The position numbers were made by a program, and so were the translations under genes. From Candidatus Woesearchaeota archaeon (GTDB lineage: Archaea > Nanobdellota > Nanobdellia > Woesearchaeales > JAGVYF01), in contig JAGVYF010000003.1 of assembly GCA_018303425.1 (NCBI GenBank), forward strand, positions 5,150-69,149: 64,000 nt of DNA, read 5' to 3'. This document shows positions 59,072 to 64,000 of this stretch, one piece after another; the stretch's first letter is position 1; every line of letters starts with the position of its first letter. Under the pieces are notes generated by a model. That model was given only the letters and a program-made list of their open reading frames with translations. It did not search any database and was not told where the DNA came from.

Positions 59072-61693
59072 ATGGAATTTAGAAAAATTGAACAAAAATG
59101 GCAAAAAAAATGGGAAGAATCCAAAATATATGAAGTAACAGAAATTTCAAACAAACCAAAATATTACGTTCTTGATATGTTCCCTTATCCTTCCGGTGCA
59201 GGTTTACATATAGGACATGCCTTTGTATTTTCATTGGGAGACATTTTTGCAAGATTTAAAAGGTTACAAGGATATAATGTCCTTTATCCTATCGGTTACG
59301 ATGCTTTAGGTTTGCCTGCCGAAAACGCCGCAATCAAAGATAACACGCATCCAGAAGATTATACAAAAAAATCCATTGCAAATTTCATGCGCCAACAAAA
59401 AGCAATGGGGTGGAGTTATGACTGGTCAAGAACAGTTAACACTTCAACACCTGAATTTTATCAATGGGATCAGTGGATATTCTTACAAATGTTAAAGAAA
59501 GGGATTGCCTACAGAAAAAAAGCCCCGGTTAATTGGTGCCATAAATGCCAATCAGTTCTTGCCAATGAACAAGTTACTAATGGTAAATGTTGGAGACACG
59601 AAGATACGAATATTGAAATTAAACACCTAGAACAATGGTTTCTTAAAATAACAAATTATGCCGAGGAATTGCTTAACCATGATAAGCTTAAATGGCCGGA
59701 AACAGCTAAAAAATTACAGAAACATTGGATTGGTAAAAGTTATGGAACTCAAGTAATTTTTAAAGTTAATGATAAAGATTTCCCAATCTTTACAACTAGG
59801 CCTGACACTCTTTATGGCGTTACATTTATGGTAATTTCTGCGCAGCACACAAATTTAATGGACTTTGTTGCAAAAGAACAAGAAACTAAAGTTAAAAATT
59901 TCTTAAAAAAAATTAAATCTGTCAGCGAAAAAGACATGGAAGAACTAGAAAAGGAGGGAGTATTTACAGGCAGCTATGCTGTTAATCCTCTAACTGCGGA
60001 AAAAGTGCCTATATGGGCAGGTAACTTTGTACTCGCTGAATATGGGACAGGAATGGTAATGGCAGTGCCTGCGCATGACCAGAGAGATTTTGAATTCGCT
60101 AAAAAATATGATATTCCCATCAAAATTGTTATTCAACCTGAACAAAAATTAAAACTGGAAGAGACAAAAAAAGCATACACTGAATCGGGTAAACTGATTA
60201 ACTCGGGCGAATTTAACGGTTTAGATAATCAAAAAGCAATTGAAGAAATAACTAAACATTTGGAATCATTGAAACTAGGCAAAAAAACAATACAATACAA
60301 ATTAAGAGACTGGTTAATATCAAGACAAAGATATTGGGGGACTCCAATACCGATTATTTATTGCAAAAAATGTGGAATTACCCCCGTTTCCGAATCAGAA
60401 TTGCCAATTAAACTTCCAAAAGAAGTTACATTTGGAGAAGGCAACCCTTTATTAACAAATGAAAAATGGGTAAATGTAAAATGTCCTAAATGCAACTCTA
60501 ATGCAAGAAGAGAAACAGATACAATGGACACTTTTGCAAACTCTTCGTGGTACTTTTTAAGATATACAGACCCCCATAACAACCAAAAAATATTCGATAC
60601 CAAAAAAGCCAATTACTGGGCTCCCATTGACCAGTATATTGGGGGGCCTGAACATATAACTATGCATTTAATTTACATTAGATTTTATACAAAATTTTTA
60701 AGAGATTTAGGTTTGCTAAATTTTGATGAGCCTGCGCTAAGATACTTTACACAGGGAATTGTTAAAGGCAGTGACGGTGAAAAAATGTCAAAATCAAAGA
60801 ACAACATAGTTGAACCTCTTGAAATGATTGAAAGATTTGGCGCAGATTCGTTAAGACTATATCTAGTGTCAAACTCTGCGCCGGACAGCGATTTTGATTG
60901 GAATGATATTGGTATGATATCAAACCATAAATTCATAGTTAAAGTTTATGAGCGCTTCTCTAACTTTAAATCAGGGGCTACAAATAAAAAAATAGAAAGT
61001 AAGCTGCACAAAACCATCAAAGATATAACTGTATACATTGACGAATTCAAACATAATTTGGCAGTAATAAAATTAAGAGAATTATTTAAAATAATTTCAA
61101 CTGAACCAATTAGTAAAGAAACTGCAGAGTCATTCATTAAAATGTTGCATGTATATTGCCCGTTCATAACTGAAGAGCTATGGGAAAAGCTTGGCAATAA
61201 AAACTTTATTAGCAGTTCTATCTGGCCAAAGTATGACATCGACAAGATAGATCCAATTGCAGAATACAAAGATGAACTTATTGAACATATTAAAGGAGAT
61301 ATTACGAAAGTTCTTGAACTTATCAACCTTAAAAATCCAAATAGGATAACTCTTATTATAAGCGCCCAATGGAAATATGATTTCTTATTAAAATTTAAAC
61401 ATTTAATCCAAGAAACAAGAGACTCAAAATCAATTATCAAATCAATGATGCAAACTGAATTAAAAATACACAGTCAAGACATAATAAAACGTATACCTTT
61501 GCTGCTGAAAGATATTTCAAAAATGCCTTTAATAATTTTAACTCAAGAAACTGAAAAAGAAACGATTGAAAACTCTAAAAATTTACTTGAAAATGAATTT
61601 AATTGCAGCATTGAAATTTATATTGCAGAATCAAGCTCAGAAAAAAAGGCAAACAATGCGATGCCTGGCAAACCTGCGATTTTAATAGAATGA
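59072..61693 (+). CDS. leuS: Leucyl-tRNA synthetase
   Basis: HIGH region PYPSGAGLHIGHAFVF. KMSKS. Zn-finger CHKC...CPKC. Editing domain. Confidence 0.9.
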   Translation: MEFRKIEQKWQKKWEESKIYEVTEISNKPKYYVLDMFPYPSGAGLHIGHAFVFSLGDIFARFKRLQGYNVLYPIGYDALGLPAENAAIKDNTHPEDYTKKSIANFMRQQKAMGWSYDWSRTVNTSTPEFYQWDQWIFLQMLKKGIAYRKKAPVNWCHKCQSVLANEQVTNGKCWRHEDTNIEIKHLEQWFLKITNYAEELLNHDKLKWPETAKKLQKHWIGKSYGTQVIFKVNDKDFPIFTTRPDTLYGVTFMVISAQHTNLMDFVAKEQETKVKNFLKKIKSVSEKDMEELEKEGVFTGSYAVNPLTAEKVPIWAGNFVLAEYGTGMVMAVPAHDQRDFEFAKKYDIPIKIVIQPEQKLKLEETKKAYTESGKLINSGEFNGLDNQKAIEEITKHLESLKLGKKTIQYKLRDWLISRQRYWGTPIPIIYCKKCGITPVSESELPIKLPKEVTFGEGNPLLTNEKWVNVKCPKCNSNARRETDTMDTFANSSWYFLRYTDPHNNQKIFDTKKANYWAPIDQYIGGPEHITMHLIYIRFYTKFLRDLGLLNFDEPALRYFTQGIVKGSDGEKMSKSKNNIVEPLEMIERFGADSLRLYLVSNSAPDSDFDWNDIGMISNHKFIVKVYERFSNFKSGATNKKIESKLHKTIKDITVYIDEFKHNLAVIKLRELFKIISTEPISKETAESFIKMLHVYCPFITEELWEKLGNKNFISSSIWPKYDIDKIDPIAEYKDELIEHIKGDITKVLELINLKNPNRITLIISAQWKYDFLLKFKHLIQETRDSKSIIKSMMQTELKIHSQDIIKRIPLLLKDISKMPLIILTQETEKETIENSKNLLENEFNCSIEIYIAESSSEKKANNAMPGKPAILIE

Positions 61694-62064
61694 AAAAATT
61701 AAATTTTTATACTTTTTACATACTGCCGATTATTCTTTATTGTTCATTAATCTTTTATTATTCATCTCAACCGATTATTTCAGGACCATTAGGAACTCAA
61801 TTAATAAATGACAAACTTAAACATGCAACAGCATACTTAATCCTTGCAGGACTAACATTTCGGGCAGTGCAACAAACAAATTATAAAAAATATTCATACT
61901 TATTTGCAATAATATTTGCAACTTTATATGGTATATTGGATGAATATCGCCAATCATTTGTACCCGGAAGAATAATGTCAATTTATGATATGCTGGCTAA
62001 CTTCATCGGAAGTTCATTAATTTTAATTAGACTTAAAAAAGTAGATAAGCGGGCCCAAAGATGA
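61690..62064 (+). CDS. VanZ-like membrane protein
   Basis: DEYRQSFVPGRIMSIYDMLANFIGS matches the VanZ family block. 4 TM. Overlaps the leuS stop by 4 nt. Confidence 0.55.
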   Translation: MKKLNFYTFYILPIILYCSLIFYYSSQPIISGPLGTQLINDKLKHATAYLILAGLTFRAVQQTNYKKYSYLFAIIFATLYGILDEYRQSFVPGRIMSIYDMLANFIGSSLILIRLKKVDKRAQR

Positions 62065-62078
62065 ATATAAACAAAAAA

Positions 62079-62316
62079 GATTAGCTACCTTAACTCTTTC
62101 TCAATTCTGCTACCCTCTGAACATCAATATTTAAACTTATTGCTGCTTCCGTCAGGACCTGACAAATTTCATAAAAACATCGATCCCAAAGGACAAAATC
62201 TCATTGTACAAGTTAAGACTAAACTTTAAGCATATATCGCTCTTTGGGCTTCGATCCCACCATATAGCCCGTTTGTGGTGACAGGCAAGGGCTAACTACC
62301 CAATCTAGCTTACCTA
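62079..62316 (-). ncRNA. Signal recognition particle RNA (7S/SRP RNA), approximate ends
   Basis: Minus strand TTTGTCAGGTCC-TGAC-GGAAGCAGCAATAAG matches the domain IV (helix 8) consensus GUCAGGUCC-GGAA-GGAAGCAGCACUAAG. The 5' and 3' termini can pair (GGTAAGCTA / TAGCTAATC). TATA-like TTTTTAAATAAA lies upstream. Oligo-T follows. Confidence 0.55.
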
Positions 62317-62404
62317 AAAGGCTTAATAGGACATTTATTTAAAAAGGTTACTATCAAGGCAAGAAATCTTTATTAATCCTATAACATACCTTAATTTATA
62401 CAAG

Positions 62405-63247
62405 ATGAGCTCGAAAATAATATTTTTAGGAACGGCAGGAGATTCTATCGTAACTGGAAAACAGCACAGAGCATCCGGCGGAATAATTATAGACCTAGAT
62501 GACAATTTTTACCACATTAATCCCGGGCCAGGAACATTAGTAAGAGCTTCCCAATATAACATAAACCTAAGACAGAATATTGCGCTTCTTGTTTCTTCAA
62601 ACGATTTAATTGAAGCTAACGATACGAACGCCGTAATAGATTCAATGACATATGCCGGACTGGATATGCGGGGAGTATTAATTGCGCATTCAACCGTAAT
62701 TGAAAAAACCCTTGCTGATAAACAAAAACAACAAATTTCAAAAATAATACATGCTCAGCCGGGTAAAAAACTTGCAATTGAGAATACAGATATTTTGGTA
62801 TTAAAAACTACATCTGAAACAGAGCTCGGTTTCAAGTTCCAGACTTCGGATTTTGTGCTTTCATATACCGGAAATACAGATTATAGTGACGAAATTATTA
62901 ATCAATATGAAAATTCAGACATTATAATTATGAATGTAAACAACCCGGGGAATATGCATGTTGAAGGCCAACTTTGTACAAATGATGCAATAAAAATAAT
63001 CAACAAGTTAAAACCTCAGTTGGTTATATTAACACATTTTGGAATGAAAATGTTAAAAGCCGATCCTATATACGAAGCAAGAGAAATTCAAATGAAAACC
63101 CAAGTACAGACTGTAGCAGCTAAAGATGGCTTTATTCTTATACCGAATAATTTTAATTCTAAAATTAAACAACAAACGTTGTTAGACTTAAAAATTCCTA
63201 AAAAACCTTTAATAAAAAATAATATTGAAGAAGAGGAATTATATTAA
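62405..63247 (+). CDS. Metallo-beta-lactamase-fold hydrolase
   Basis: N-terminal IIFLGTAGDS...HRASGGIIID and C-terminal LTHFGMKM histidine motif. Confidence 0.45.
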   Translation: MSSKIIFLGTAGDSIVTGKQHRASGGIIIDLDDNFYHINPGPGTLVRASQYNINLRQNIALLVSSNDLIEANDTNAVIDSMTYAGLDMRGVLIAHSTVIEKTLADKQKQQISKIIHAQPGKKLAIENTDILVLKTTSETELGFKFQTSDFVLSYTGNTDYSDEIINQYENSDIIIMNVNNPGNMHVEGQLCTNDAIKIINKLKPQLVILTHFGMKMLKADPIYEAREIQMKTQVQTVAAKDGFILIPNNFNSKIKQQTLLDLKIPKKPLIKNNIEEEELY

Positions 63248-63994
63248 TAAAAATACGGCATACCCTACAAAACATCCAATTGACAAAACAGGCATTGCGG
63301 GATAAAATTTACTTTCTTTACTTTTCCAAAATAATAAGCTTAAAGCAATTGTAGCCCCAATTGGAATAACTAAAACCTTCCATAATGCTTGCTGTAAGCT
63401 CATGGTAAGAATCGCATTCTCTAGTACGGCGCCTGCAAAAAATAAGGGAAATGCGATGTCTCCACCGCCCAACATTGCAGTTTTTATCTTTTTAAATGCG
63501 CCAGTCCCTGATTTAAATTTAACTAACTTGCCCATTTTATACGGAATGAATAACCCTGCAAACATTTGCGATTCAGATTGAAACTTTGCAAGCATAATCA
63601 TATGTTTGGATTTCCAAACTGCGTACATATCATAAAGTGAGATTAATACTAATAAAATTATCGCGCTTTTCACGTTAAATATTGACACAAAAAAAGCAGC
63701 CAGTCCGCCATATATAAAAAGTTCAGTAAAGTTATGTAAAATTACTGAAGGCTTGAACACTTTTAACCATGCAAAAATAAGTGCCCCTATTAAAGCATTC
63801 CTTTGACTAACAAAAGCGCCAAAACCCAACAACAATGAAAAAGAAATTGCAGTAAAATACCAAATTTTCCACAAGAGTAATTGCATATATTTAATTAATA
63901 AAAACATTAAAATTGTCCCTATCAAGATTGCAATAAATACATAAACAAATGAATAATCTTTTTCAACCTCTGGTGGTTGTAAATCATAAGGCAA
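63239..63994 (-). CDS. GxGD-type intramembrane aspartyl protease (presenilin/signal-peptide-peptidase-like)
   Basis: LISLYDMYAVW (YD motif) and MLGGGDIAFPLFFAG (GxGD motif) sit in separate TM helices. 7-9 predicted TM. Confidence 0.45.
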   Translation of the reverse strand: MPYDLQPPEVEKDYSFVYVFIAILIGTILMFLLIKYMQLLLWKIWYFTAISFSLLLGFGAFVSQRNALIGALIFAWLKVFKPSVILHNFTELFIYGGLAAFFVSIFNVKSAIILLVLISLYDMYAVWKSKHMIMLAKFQSESQMFAGLFIPYKMGKLVKFKSGTGAFKKIKTAMLGGGDIAFPLFFAGAVLENAILTMSLQQALWKVLVIPIGATIALSLLFWKSKESKFYPAMPVLSIGCFVGYAVFLLI

Positions 63995-64000
63995 TAATTT

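Noticed and set aside
62230-62290. tRNA-like T-arm (GGGCTTCGATCCCA) in the 62.1-62.4 kb spacer
   Set aside because: No acceptor or anticodon arms can be built around it. The segment fits instead inside the 5' (Alu-like) domain of the minus-strand SRP RNA.
1-64000. CRISPR array or cas genes
   Set aside because: No run of regularly spaced identical direct repeats of 25-40 bp anywhere. The repeats found are dispersed single copies or IR pairs. No Cas-like ORFs.
1-64000. rRNA genes (16S/23S/5S)
   Set aside because: No long non-coding G+C-rich tract. All long non-ORF regions are under 400 bp and are accounted for by tRNAs, RNase P RNA, SRP RNA or AT-rich spacers.

Overview
This 64 kb window looks like a chromosomal segment of a small-genome, AT-rich archaeon, plausibly DPANN-like (lineage is inference). 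Archaeal hallmarks seen directly: Hjc, EndA, FEN-1, PAN, NAC, Sec61-beta, aIF-2B family, CarS, geranylgeranyl reductase, class-III signal peptide pilin, BHB-type tRNA introns, and TATA boxes about 25 nt upstream of RNA genes. These sit beside bacterial-type acquired genes: a grpE-dnaK-dnaJ locus, gyrA, and a long-form adk with Zn lid. Genes are densely packed and many overlap by 1-40 nt. RNA genes: five tRNAs (Asn and Ile in tandem, each with a canonical intron and a second T-loop intron; Thr with a 13-nt intron; His on the minus strand with a ~93-nt intron and an encoded G-1; Leu-CAA just upstream of leuS), an RNase P RNA, and an SRP (7S) RNA on the minus strand. Accessory and mobile content: (1) a single-ORF IS (IS481-like rve transposase) with ~25-bp imperfect IRs and a 9-bp target-site duplication; (2) a toxin-antitoxin/defence cluster of MNT-HEPN, Fic and a second MNT-HEPN whose HEPN half is frameshifted in a poly-A run; (3) an AbiEi/AbiEii-like pair; (4) a RelE/ParE-like two-gene cassette bounded by ~30-bp inverted repeats; (5) at least five small repeat families (MITE-like or structured-RNA-like); (6) a Hel308-type helicase gene that encodes only the C-terminal half, i.e. 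a split gene or pseudogene. Several operons of unknown function stand out: a G+C-richer gene for a xylose-isomerase-like TIM barrel interrupted by a ~330-aa charged coiled-coil insert, a tandem paralogous 161-aa pair plus a membrane protein, and a trio of Lys/Glu-rich small proteins. No rRNA and no CRISPR array are present. All functional calls are from motif recognition by eye; no database searches were run.
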